A DNA stretch of 32,000 bases from Copranaerobaculum intestinale (GCF_009831105.1 NZ_WUUQ01000002.1:330001-362000), one strand, 5' to 3'. Counted from the first letter of the stretch, positions 1-8,448 are shown. Notes: generated by a model not told the origin, from the sequence alone. A program made the numbers and translations.

Positions 1-683
1 TTACCGTAACGGCAGAAAATAAATCGGTGAAAGTATATAAAGTAAAAGTAATCGTCGATGAAAAACCATTAATGTATTTGAAATACAACGGGGTAAAGCT
101 CGGTGTGGTAAGGAATGTCCGCAATGCTCCGATACCTCCGAATTTTACGGCGACAACGCTGAAAATAAAGGGTAAAGAAATTCCTGCCTGGAAAAATGAG
201 GCGATGAAGAAAACCATTGTCTATCTGATGGATACCAAAAATAATAAACAATTCTATTTGTATGAAAACGGAAAAGTTACCAGTACATTTACCTATACAA
301 AATTGCTTGGCCGAGAAGTGTTTTTGATCGATATTCCAAAAGCGCAGCAGCGCCGAACCGGCATGAACTATCAGAAACTGACCATAGAAAATGTCACAGT
401 TATGGGTTGGACATTCGATGAAAAATCAATGAAAGATTATGAACTGATTTATGTAATGGATTTGGATGGTAAATGTCGTTATTATCAATATGAAAAATCA
501 CAGCATACCATTCAGCTTTATTCCGGTGCTGCGGCAGTTACGCAGAGTGAATATACCAAACAGGTAAAGGATTTAAAAGCTGGGAGAACAGCGATGACTT
601 ATACTGCGGTCGCACTAGGTCTATTGGCAGCTGGTCTTGGCTGTTATGCAGCTTATCTCACCATTCGCAAAAAGAAATCATGA
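1..683 (+). CDS. Hypothetical protein, C-terminal part (probably 5' partial), with a C-terminal transmembrane anchor
   Basis: The frame of ORF 27..683 stays open back to nt 3, and there is no Shine-Dalgarno before GTG-27, so the gene probably begins upstream of the window. The C-terminus TAVALGLLAAGLGCYAAYLTIRKKKS is a hydrophobic helix plus a basic tail. A terminator follows. No family recognised. Confidence 0.5.
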   Translation, partial: TVTAENKSVKVYKVKVIVDEKPLMYLKYNGVKLGVVRNVRNAPIPPNFTATTLKIKGKEIPAWKNEAMKKTIVYLMDTKNNKQFYLYENGKVTSTFTYTKLLGREVFLIDIPKAQQRRTGMNYQKLTIENVTVMGWTFDEKSMKDYELIYVMDLDGKCRYYQYEKSQHTIQLYSGAAAVTQSEYTKQVKDLKAGRTAMTYTAVALGLLAAGLGCYAAYLTIRKKKS

Positions 684-692
684 GTGTTTTAA

Positions 693-730
693 AAAACTCC
701 TGCAATATGTTATGTAGCAGGAGTTTTATT
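693..730 (+). terminator. Rho-independent terminator
   Basis: Stem aaaactcctgc (693-703) pairs with gcaggagtttt (717-727), 13-nt loop, U-rich tail. Confidence 0.7.
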
Positions 731-805
731 ATCCCTAAAAGTAACGATAGGAATTTAAGCTTCTTTGACGTATAATGATGACAAGTTCATTGAAAGGAGC
801 TTACT

Positions 806-1489
806 ATGAAGAGACCGATTACTACCTTGTTTATGCTGATGTCACTGGATGGGAAAATAAGCACGGGTGCTACGGATGCATTTGACGTTGATCAGGATTT
901 TCCAACCCTTCCAGGATTATGTGAGGGACTTCATCAGTATTATGAAATCGAACAGACCACCGATCTTTGGTCGTTAAATTCAGGCAGGGTTCAGCAAAAA
1001 CTCGGGGTGAATGAAAAAGCATTTCCTGAAACTCAATCCGCGGTCAGTTTTGTGCTGGTCGATAACCATCATTTGAATGAACATGGGATTGCTTACTATA
1101 CCCATTTTGCGAAGCGTGTCGTGATCGTCACATCTAATAAAAATCATCCTGCCTATCATGTATCAGCTGATAATTTGGACATTATCTTTCAGGCTTCATT
1201 CAGTGCAGCATCAATGCTGGAAACATTGTATCATCAGTTTGGCTGTGAGCGATTGACAATTCAATCCGGAGGCACACTGAATGCTCTTTTCTTAAGAGAA
1301 AAAGTATTCGATTACATCGATATTGTGATTGCCCCGGTCTTGATTGGCGGTAAGCAAACTTCTACTTTAATTGATGGGGATTCATTGATGAAGCTTGATG
1401 AATTACATAAACTCGGAATTTTGAAATTGATTGATTTGGTGAAGCTGGAACATTCTTATGTAAGAGTGCGTTATCAGGTCATCGGTTAG
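806..1489 (+). CDS. RibD C-terminal domain / dihydrofolate-reductase-like family protein
   Basis: The N-terminus TLFMLMSLDGKISTG and the later SGGTLN..L....DYIDIVIAPVLIGG are typical of the RibD_C/DHFR-like reductase fold. SD aaaggag at 793-799. A TATAAT lies at 771-776. Confidence 0.7.
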   Translation: MKRPITTLFMLMSLDGKISTGATDAFDVDQDFPTLPGLCEGLHQYYEIEQTTDLWSLNSGRVQQKLGVNEKAFPETQSAVSFVLVDNHHLNEHGIAYYTHFAKRVVIVTSNKNHPAYHVSADNLDIIFQASFSAASMLETLYHQFGCERLTIQSGGTLNALFLREKVFDYIDIVIAPVLIGGKQTSTLIDGDSLMKLDELHKLGILKLIDLVKLEHSYVRVRYQVIG

Positions 1490-1505
1490 ATTATCCAGCA
1501 GAAAA

Positions 1506-1534
1506 TTGACAGAATCGGATAATCAGCATACACT
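1506..1534 (+). promoter_or_regulatory. Candidate sigma-A promoter for the T-box leader
   Basis: TTGACA (1506-1511), 17-nt spacer, TACACT (1529-1534). Confidence 0.4.
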
Positions 1535-1543
1535 ATAAGTAAA

Positions 1544-1775
1544 TACTTTGATGCAAGATTAAGTGATGAAAGATGGTCAGCGAACCCATAATGGTGAGAG
1601 GTGGGGACATTGGAACTCATGGATTACACTTGTTGAGTAGGGTCATTGAAAATGAAGTAGATGATTTCGCATGGAGGCGTTATTTCCTAATAAAGATGCG
1701 CACTGTTTTTTTAAGTGCGAATCAGGATGGCACCGCGTCAAAGCACGTTCCTGTTTGGAATGTGCTTTTTTTATG
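1544..1775 (+). promoter_or_regulatory. T-box riboswitch leader (tRNA-sensing transcription attenuator)
   Basis: K-turn: UAC/UUU/GA at 1544-1551 with GA/GUA at 1635-1639. Lower stem CAAG 1554-1557 / CUUG 1629-1632. AG bulge AGCGA 1579-1583. Distal loop with GGUGAGA 1593-1599. T-box sequence AATCAGGATGGCACCGCG 1720-1737. Antiterminator CAGGA 1723-1727 / TCCTG 1749-1753 with 7-nt bulge TGGCACC. Competing 12-bp terminator stem 1740-1751 / 1757-1768 followed by a T7 run. Confidence 0.85.
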
Positions 1776-1841
1776 GAGGGAGTGGTGCTGAAAAAAAGCT
1801 GTATTTAATGAAGGTGAATAAATTTTGAAAGGAGCTTTACC

Positions 1842-2641
1842 ATGAGAAAACAGAGTTTTAATTTACACACACATACCGCACGGTGCGGTCACGGGGAAGG
1901 TTTGGACATTCAATATGTGAACAGTGCGATTGATGCAGGGTTTAAACTCCTCGGATTCAGCGATCATATTCCGTTTCCACAGATACAACAGCCGCAGTGC
2001 CGCATGAATTATGAACAAAAGGATGAATATTTGACCAGCATCCGTAATCTGAAAAAACAATTTCAGGGGATCATCGAAATAAAGGTTGGATATGAAATAG
2101 AGTATTTTGAAGATCAGCAGGAGTATTTACAGGCGATGCGGAAAGAATGTGACTATATGATTTTAGGACAGCATCTGAATACAATGGATTACGAATATGA
2201 CTGTTATTGTTCTGATAAAGATACTGTAATGTATGCTTTACAAATTGAACAGGCTTTATCTCAAAACTTAATCATGTGTGTTGCGCATCCCGACTATTAC
2301 ATGCTAGGAAGGAGATATTTTTCAAAAGCATGTCAGCAAGCTGCTCATCGCATTGCCAGGGCAAGCATTCAGTATGATGTGCCGTTGGAAATCAATTTGA
2401 ATGGATTTCAATATGGTAAAAAGATGTATCGTTTTTTGATCGTCCTAACTATGAGGAAGAACGATATCCATATCCGTTTCGTGAATTTTGGGAGATCGCT
2501 GCCAATTATGGCTGTAAAGTAATATATGGCTATGATGCACATTCTCCAATAACCCTGCAAGAGCAGTATCGAGAAGAATTAGCAGCTAATATTCTGCATG
2601 ACATACCTTTGCGTTTCTTTTCAAAAATGAAATGGAAATAG
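1842..2641 (+). pseudogene. hisJ: PHP-family histidinol phosphatase (HisJ/HisK type), frame disrupted in a T6 run
   Basis: N-terminus NLHTHTARCGHGEG...LGFSDH is the HisJ/PHP metal-binding signature. The annotated ORF ends at 2522 with a nonsense tail. From 2438 the -1 frame reads DRPNYEEERYPYPFREFWEIAANYGCKVIYGYDAHSPITLQEQYREELAANILHDIPLRFFSKMKWK*, which contains the last PHP motif G.DAH.P. One extra T in the run 2432-2437 would restore a 266-aa protein. Confidence 0.8.
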
Positions 2642-3071
2642 ATAGACTCGGAATTTTTTGATTTGTGAAACCGGTTTTCAGAATGAAAGTACTTGTGTGT
2701 ATGTGAATGCCTGCATGTACACCGGCATAGCTTTACTGATACCAAAGCATTATGAATCACAAATGATAAACAATTATGAAGCTTTTATGTAAAGCCAAAA
2801 GAGTTCCTGTTGTTTGTGATTAGGATCTTGCGGTAGAGATCAATCATTTATTCTTAGAAAGTAGATGAAATCAATTCAGATCCTATTTTATACGGCAGGC
2901 CGAACCCTCCCGAGCTGTAATTAGTCACATTGCGTTGAAAAAGGTTGTATCTTGCAGTGCTGAAACACAAATGACTGTTTGCGAGGAAGTCATTGAGTAT
3001 TAGACAGTAATATGGAAATGAAGATTCAAAAAAGTAGCGAGAGATATGCTCTTTTTTAGCTTCAACAGCAT

Positions 3072-3100
3072 AAAAAAAGCCTTTTTCTAAAGGCTTTTTT
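3072..3100 (-). terminator. Rho-independent terminator of rpsD (bidirectional shape)
   Basis: Stem gccttt (3079-3084) / aaaggc (3089-3094), flanked by an A7 run and a T6 run, immediately after the rpsD stop codon. Confidence 0.8.
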
Positions 3101-3107
3101 GTAGTTA

Positions 3108-3710
3108 TTACCGGTTGTAGAATTCTACGACCAACAGTTCGTTGATCTCAGCATTCAATTCGCTGCGCTCCGGCAGACGAAGGTAAGTACCTTTCTTCGC
3201 ATCTTTATCGAAGTTAACGAATGCAGGTGTGTGCAGAGTAGCTTCCAGAGATTCTGTAATAGCTTTCATATTTTTTGATTTTTCTTTGATTTCAATTATG
3301 GAACCAACTTTTACCTGTGCAGAAGGAATATCAACCTTCTTACCGTTTACCAGGATGTGTCCGTGGTTAACCAACTGACGAGCAGCGCGGCGAGTGCGGG
3401 CAATACCCATGCGGTATACGATGTTGTCTAAGCGAGATTCCAGCATGAACAAGAAATTGTCGCCCTTAACACCTTTCATTTTAGATGCTTTTACGAAAGT
3501 GTTATAGAACTGACGTTCATTGATTCCGTACATGTTGCGGATTCTCTGCTTTTCACGCAGCTGTAAACCGTAGTTGGTTAATTTTACACGTTTTGTAGGT
3601 CCGTGCTGACCTGGTGCATACTGACGTTTCTGAAGTTCTTCACCAGTTTCCAAAATAGAGAAACCTAAGCGGCGGGAAACCTTCCAAACCGGTCCGGTCA
3701 TTCTTGACAT
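3108..3710 (-). CDS. rpsD: 30S ribosomal protein S4
   Basis: 200 aa. [18 protein letters not shown]...YGLQLREKQ...[30 protein letters not shown] is the canonical S4 sequence with its S4 RNA-binding domain. Confidence 0.97.
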   Translation of the reverse strand: MSRMTGPVWKVSRRLGFSILETGEELQKRQYAPGQHGPTKRVKLTNYGLQLREKQRIRNMYGINERQFYNTFVKASKMKGVKGDNFLFMLESRLDNIVYRMGIARTRRAARQLVNHGHILVNGKKVDIPSAQVKVGSIIEIKEKSKNMKAITESLEATLHTPAFVNFDKDAKKGTYLRLPERSELNAEINELLVVEFYNR

Positions 3711-3867
3711 AATTATGTCCTCCTTATTGTTTTATGAGCCATAAAACAATAACAGGCCGCAAATCATCATTCCAGGGTGTTCATACATACGATATCCTCG
3801 CTTATAAGCAGCTAAGTTACACGATATCCCGTATATTTATATAGTACGTTATGAACGCCTTCTGCAA
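3711..3867 (-). promoter_or_regulatory. Candidate rpsD promoter and structured leader
   Basis: On the minus strand: TTGCAG (3867-3862), 18-nt spacer, TATATA (3843-3838). The leader carries a perfect 11-bp hairpin (3725-3735 / 3743-3753) abutting the SD GGAGGA (3718-3723), and a direct repeat ACGATATCC at 3789-3797 and 3821-3829. Confidence 0.45.
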
Positions 3868-3980
3868 GACTTTGCATGCTGCTATCATTTTGACGCTAAT
3901 ATACTATAACAAAGCAAAAAGGAAAAGTCAATTTTTTCTTTTTGATACGTGAAAAAGAACTAAAAAAAAGCATGAATATA

Positions 3981-3989
3981 TGTTACAAT
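3981..3989 (+). promoter_or_regulatory. Extended -10 element upstream of ezrA
   Basis: TGtTACAAT at 3981-3989. No good -35. Confidence 0.4.
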
Positions 3990-4009
3990 ATGAACAGTGA
4001 GGTGTTCGT

Positions 4010-5770
4010 ATGGGAAATTTTATCGCTAACGTAAAAAAAGTCATATCTGGAGATGTGTTTCTTTATATAGCCATTGGTCTTGCGGCAATCATTGTGATTA
4101 CGATCGTCATGGTGGTCATCCGCCGCCGCGATGCGAGAAAGCTGTTGGATGAGCTGGAGCTTCGTTATAATTCAGTGAAGAATATCCCGCTGGCATTCAA
4201 GGTGAATAAAGCGGTTGCACTCTCCCGTGTAAATAATGCAGTAGCTGAACACGTGGAACAGATCAAGAACGATTTTGATGAAGTGCAGGAGAAACTGAAA
4301 GAATGCTCGGTTATGCTGGCTGAGGCTGATGATCTTGTGTATATGCATAAGTCAAAAGCGGGTCGGGCAATGATGGAAGATATTGATATTCAGCTGACGA
4401 TTTGTGAAGAGAGCGTTGGACGGGTAAATGAAACACTGGACAGCGTGCTGGAACAGGAAAATGAACAGCGGGTTCAGATCAATACGTTAAAAGAGAATTT
4501 CCGTGAGGTGAAAAGCCGTTTATCAAAGAATCGTGCGGTCTATAATCAGAGCATGGATTACTTGGATCAGGAAGTTACGCAGATTGAAAAAATGTTTTCG
4601 TTGTTTGAGGAATGGATGTTTGCTTCGGAGTTCTCTAAAGCTGCTGATCAGCAGCAGGAAATAGCTGAGCATATCGAAAATCTGGAACACCTGATTGAAA
4701 CGCTGCCGCCGCTTTATGAACTGGCAAAGGGCGTTTTGCCAAGAGCGATTGATGAAGTCGGATATCATTATGCCCAAGCAAAAAATATCGGCGTGTATCT
4801 TGATCACTTGGATATTAAGAAAAATCTAGAAATTATCAGTGATATGCTGAAGGAAGATTTGAATAAGCTGAGAAGCGGTGACTGTGACCGGGTTCGGGAG
4901 AACTTGCTGGAAAGTCAGGAACGTCTTTCTCAGCTGGCAGAACAAATTTCCAAAGAGGAACGCGCTTATCATGAGGTGATGGGCAGTGTGGATGTCCTTT
5001 ATGAAAATGTAAAATCGATCAATCGGGATGTTGAAGATATCGAACAGTTGTATAGCCGTGTGTATGAACGCTTCGGCTTTGAAAATTGGAATGATCGGCT
5101 CAAAGAAACCGATCAGAAGCTGACTGATCTCAATGAAATGAAACGCAGCCTGGAACGAATTATCTTGGAAAAGAGCGTTCCGTTTACTACCGTATTGCTT
5201 ACATACCGCAGCTTGGAGCAGAGCTGTTCAGCATTCCAGGAAGATATCTCAAAAATGAAAGAGAAGCTTCAGCAGGCATGCAGTGATGAAGAACGTGCAA
5301 AGAAGCAACTGGTTAAGCTGCAGCTGATCGTAAACGAAATCCGCGTTAAAACAACGAAGCATCGACTGCCGAGTATTTCCAATCAATATGAAGAGGATCT
5401 AAAACGAGCACAGGAATGGATTCAAAGAGTAGAGGGGCTGCTTCGCTCCACTCCGCTCGATGTCAAAAACTTAAATGAAACACTGCGCCAGGCAATCGAT
5501 TACATTTACACTTTATATAATAGTGTAAACAATTTGGTCGGCATGGCGATTATGGTAGAGAATACTATCGTATTTGGTAATAAATTCCGTTCTTCCTACC
5601 CGGAAATTGATTCTGAACTGACAAGAGCAGAATTGTGTTTTCGCAACGGACAATATACAAAGGCTTTGAAAATTTCCATTGCGGCGATTGAAAAGCTGCA
5701 TCCGGGAACCTATGAAAAGCTGATGAAGCATGATACAAAGGATCCGGAATTAACGGCAGAAACCGTATAA
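4010..5770 (+). CDS. ezrA: Septation ring formation regulator EzrA
   Basis: 586 aa. One N-terminal TM helix (FLYIAIGLAAIIVITIVMVVI), then a long coiled-coil/spectrin-like body with an EzrA-like N-terminal region (LELRYNSVKNIPL..K). It sits between rpsD/hisJ and the cysteine desulfurase-thiI pair, as ezrA does in B. subtilis. Confidence 0.8.
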   Translation: MGNFIANVKKVISGDVFLYIAIGLAAIIVITIVMVVIRRRDARKLLDELELRYNSVKNIPLAFKVNKAVALSRVNNAVAEHVEQIKNDFDEVQEKLKECSVMLAEADDLVYMHKSKAGRAMMEDIDIQLTICEESVGRVNETLDSVLEQENEQRVQINTLKENFREVKSRLSKNRAVYNQSMDYLDQEVTQIEKMFSLFEEWMFASEFSKAADQQQEIAEHIENLEHLIETLPPLYELAKGVLPRAIDEVGYHYAQAKNIGVYLDHLDIKKNLEIISDMLKEDLNKLRSGDCDRVRENLLESQERLSQLAEQISKEERAYHEVMGSVDVLYENVKSINRDVEDIEQLYSRVYERFGFENWNDRLKETDQKLTDLNEMKRSLERIILEKSVPFTTVLLTYRSLEQSCSAFQEDISKMKEKLQQACSDEERAKKQLVKLQLIVNEIRVKTTKHRLPSISNQYEEDLKRAQEWIQRVEGLLRSTPLDVKNLNETLRQAIDYIYTLYNSVNNLVGMAIMVENTIVFGNKFRSSYPEIDSELTRAELCFRNGQYTKALKISIAAIEKLHPGTYEKLMKHDTKDPELTAETV

Positions 5771-5781
5771 GGAAGGTTACT

Positions 5782-6912
5782 ATGGTGTATTTAGATTATG
5801 CGGCGACCACACCTTTGAATGATGAGGTGTTGAACGCTTATACAAAACTATTGAAACAATATTACGGCAACAGTGATTCGCTTCATGCGCTGGGCAGAGA
5901 AGCGGCGAAATTGATGGAAACCGCCAGAGAGCAGATCAGTGATCTGCTTTCTGTTCGAAAAGAGGAAGTGCTGTTTACTTCCTGCGCAAGTGAGGCGAAC
6001 AATCTGGCTTTAAAAGGATATGCCTTTCACTATCAAAAGCGGGGAAAGCATCTGATAACCACTGCGGTTGAGCATTCTAGTGTTCTTCATACGATGGAAC
6101 AGCTGGAAAAACAGTTTGGTTTTGAGGTTAGTTATCTTCCGGTCAACGAACAAGGCAAGGTCGAACTGGAAAGCTTGAAGCAGGCGCTGCGCAAGGATAC
6201 GATTTTGGTTTCATGCATGCTTGTCAATAATGAATCCGGTGCGATCAATGATATAAGCGTTTTAGCAGACTATGTACATGCGTTCAGTCGTGCGGCCTTT
6301 CATATGGATGGGGTGCAGGGGCTTGGTAAAGTGGAGCTGCCGCTGGATGCAGTGGATATGGCAACCTTTTCAGCTCATAAAATCTATGGACTGAAGGGAA
6401 GTGGACTGCTGATAAAAAAACAGCATGTTGAACTGCTTCCGCTGATTTCGGCTGGCCAGCAGGAACAGGGACTGCGCGGCGGCACCAGCAATTCACCTGT
6501 GAATACCGTATTTGCGAAAACTTTGCGGCTCGCCTTAGAAAAGCAGGCCGAGCATACCGCTTATGTCAAGGGACTAAATGACTATCTGCGTGAGGAACTG
6601 GCAAAGCTGGATCATATTATCATCAACAGCGATCCATCCGGCTCACCGTATATCTTAAATTTCTCTTGTCTGAAGATCGGCAGTGAGATCATGCTGAATG
6701 CGTTGGATGAACGGGGATTTTGTGTTTCTGCGCAAAGTACCTGTGCTTCCCACACCAAAGCACATTCTTATGTGCTGAGTGCGATGGGGCTTGGTGAGGT
6801 AAGGGCAACCCATGCTGTGCGAGTATCGCTTTCTCATCTCACCAAACAATCAGAATTGACTTCATTTATTGAAGCATTGAAGGAGATTATCCATGACTAT
6901 CAAATCAGATAA
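5782..6912 (+). CDS. Cysteine desulfurase (class V aminotransferase, NifS/NifZ-like partner of ThiI)
   Basis: 376 aa. MVYLDYAATTP start, SAHKIYGLKG PLP-lysine motif, and a QSTCAS cysteine loop near the C-terminus. Overlaps thiI by 20 nt. Confidence 0.9.
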   Translation: MVYLDYAATTPLNDEVLNAYTKLLKQYYGNSDSLHALGREAAKLMETAREQISDLLSVRKEEVLFTSCASEANNLALKGYAFHYQKRGKHLITTAVEHSSVLHTMEQLEKQFGFEVSYLPVNEQGKVELESLKQALRKDTILVSCMLVNNESGAINDISVLADYVHAFSRAAFHMDGVQGLGKVELPLDAVDMATFSAHKIYGLKGSGLLIKKQHVELLPLISAGQQEQGLRGGTSNSPVNTVFAKTLRLALEKQAEHTAYVKGLNDYLREELAKLDHIIINSDPSGSPYILNFSCLKIGSEIMLNALDERGFCVSAQSTCASHTKAHSYVLSAMGLGEVRATHAVRVSLSHLTKQSELTSFIEALKEIIHDYQIR

Positions 6913-8113
6913 AGTAGTATATAATCATATTTTGGTGCGATATGGGGAACTATCTACCAAAGGAAAAAATAAAAAAGATTTTATCAGCCGCCTGCTTCAT
7001 AATGTGAAAAATGCACTGCGTGAATTTCCGGCACTCACTTATGAAAAGACTCACGACCGGCTGTATATTATGCTGAATGGAGAAGATGCTCATAAAGTGA
7101 GTGATCTGCTGGCTAAGGTATTTGGTATCAGCTCATTTTCCTTTGCGATTAAAGTACCATCCGATATGGAAGAAATTCGCAGTATGGCGCTGAAGGTAGC
7201 GAAAAATAGCGATGCGTTAACCTTTAAGATCGTATCCCGCCGTTCCTTTAAACAGTTTCCACTTATTTCCGATGAAATTAACCGTGCCGTAGCTGCCGAT
7301 ATTCTAAGACAGACCGAACTGAAGGTTGATGTGCATGATCCGCAGCTGCGGATTCAGATTGAAGTGCATCAGTTTGATACTTACATCATGATTAATACCA
7401 TACCAGGTGCCGGCGGTTATCCAGTTGGGGTAGGCGGCAAAGCACTGGTGATGCTGTCAGGCGGCATTGATTCACCGGTTGCATCCTATTTAACTATGAA
7501 ACGCGGAGTTGCGATTGAATGCATTCACTATGCTTCTCCGCCATATACTTCCAAGCGGGCTCAGGAAAAGGTACTGCAGCTGGCAGCGAAGGTTGCAGGC
7601 TATCAAGGACATATTCGGGTTCATATCGTACCCTTCACAGAATTGCAGCTGGCCATATACAAGCATTGTGATGAAAGCTATGCGATTACAATTATGCGCC
7701 GTATGATGTATCGGATCGCCCAGCGGGTTTGTGAAAGACAGAACTGTTTGGCGATCGTGAACGGAGAAAGCATTGGACAGGTAGCATCTCAGACACTGGA
7801 AAGCATGCAGACGATCAATCAGGTCGTACAAATTCCAGTGATCCGTCCTGTTGTAACAATGGATAAGCTGGAAATCATCGATCTGGCAAAGCATATTGAT
7901 ACGTATGATATCAGCATTCAGCCGTTTGAAGACTGCTGTACGATTTTCACCCCTAAAAATCCGGTGACCAAGCCAACCTTGAAAAAGGCGGAAAAGCTGG
8001 AGTCCTTTTTTGATTTTGAACCGCTGGTGGAAGCCTGCGTTGAACAAATCGAAACGATCAATGTGTATCCAGGGACAAAATTTTCCATTGAGGAAAATGC
8101 GGATTTATTTTAG
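6893..8113 (+). CDS. thiI: tRNA 4-thiouridine(8) synthase ThiI
   Basis: 406 aa. ILVRYGELSTKGKN (ferredoxin-like/THUMP N-terminus) and the PP-loop SGGIDSPVA. SD aaggag lies 7 nt upstream. Confidence 0.95.
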   Translation: MTIKSDKVVYNHILVRYGELSTKGKNKKDFISRLLHNVKNALREFPALTYEKTHDRLYIMLNGEDAHKVSDLLAKVFGISSFSFAIKVPSDMEEIRSMALKVAKNSDALTFKIVSRRSFKQFPLISDEINRAVAADILRQTELKVDVHDPQLRIQIEVHQFDTYIMINTIPGAGGYPVGVGGKALVMLSGGIDSPVASYLTMKRGVAIECIHYASPPYTSKRAQEKVLQLAAKVAGYQGHIRVHIVPFTELQLAIYKHCDESYAITIMRRMMYRIAQRVCERQNCLAIVNGESIGQVASQTLESMQTINQVVQIPVIRPVVTMDKLEIIDLAKHIDTYDISIQPFEDCCTIFTPKNPVTKPTLKKAEKLESFFDFEPLVEACVEQIETINVYPGTKFSIEENADLF

Positions 8114-8141
8114 TATATAGCTTGCTTACCTTGCCATACTA
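8113..8141 (+). promoter_or_regulatory. Candidate forespore sigma-G/sigma-F-type promoter
   Basis: GTATA (8113-8117), 17-nt spacer, CATACTA (8135-8141). This fits the remembered sigma-G consensus GHATR-N17/18-CATXHTA. Caveat: the predicted start site (~8148) would fall at the SD, leaving only an ~11-nt leader. Confidence 0.35.
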
Positions 8142-8158
8142 ACAGCGAGGTGAGTAAA

Positions 8159-8440
8159 ATGGATATCAGAAAACAGTATCAGAACGAGCAGAATCAGTAC
8201 AATCAGAACAATTCCTCAAATCTGCAGAAGGAATACAACCAGAATCAGCAGGTTCAGGAAGATCTGTATCAGTACGAGATGGGCATCGAACTGGGCGCTG
8301 ACGTAGAAGCTGATAAAAAGATGCATGAAAAAGAGTATCAGAAACAGCAGAATCAGTTCCAAAATCAGCAGAACCAATTTCAAAATCAGCAAAACCAGTT
8401 CCAGAACCAGAATCAAAACCAGAACTGCAATAAGCAGTAG
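8159..8440 (+). CDS. Small Gln/Asn-rich repeat protein (93 aa), possible spore SASP-like protein
   Basis: SD gaggtga 8147-8153, ATG 8159 (the track start 8150 is a GTG inside the SD). Composition is dominated by Q/N. There are three QQNQFQN repeats and a central YEMGIELGADVEAD segment. It has its own terminator. Confidence 0.65.
   Translation: MDIRKQYQNEQNQYNQNNSSNLQKEYNQNQQVQEDLYQYEMGIELGADVEADKKMHEKEYQKQQNQFQNQQNQFQNQQNQFQNQNQNQNCNKQ
8345..8407 (+). repeat. Three tandem imperfect 21-nt coding repeats (QQNQFQN)
   Basis: cagcagaatcagttccaaaat / cagcagaaccaatttcaaaat / cagcaaaaccagttccagaac. All differences between the copies are synonymous. Confidence 0.9.
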
Positions 8441-8448
8441 GTAGATTG

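Noticed and set aside
1573-1791. 72-aa ORF on the + strand
   Set aside because: It lies entirely inside the T-box leader and spans the T-box sequence and the terminator. It has no SD, and its open frame is explained by the RNA element.
2432-2438. Programmed -1 ribosomal frameshift at U-UUU-UUG in the hisJ-like gene
   Set aside because: The heptamer geometry and shift direction fit. However, tRNA-Leu re-pairing on UUU is poor, and I find no downstream hairpin or pseudoknot and no upstream SD-like stimulator. A homopolymer error or a pseudogene is more parsimonious. It is kept only as a remark within the frameshift finding.
2530-2760. 76-aa ORF on the - strand
   Set aside because: It overlaps the out-of-frame but clearly genuine C-terminus of the PHP phosphatase. 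Its composition is Cys/His/Ser-rich and nonsense-like, and it has no SD.
7490-8047. 185-aa antisense ORF inside thiI
   Set aside because: It is fully embedded antisense to a high-confidence gene, with no recognisable motifs and no RBS or promoter.
8345-8407. Tandem 21-nt repeats as a CRISPR array or non-coding microsatellite
   Set aside because: There are only three imperfect copies with no spacers, and they lie in frame inside a CDS. The differences are synonymous, so this is a coding repeat.
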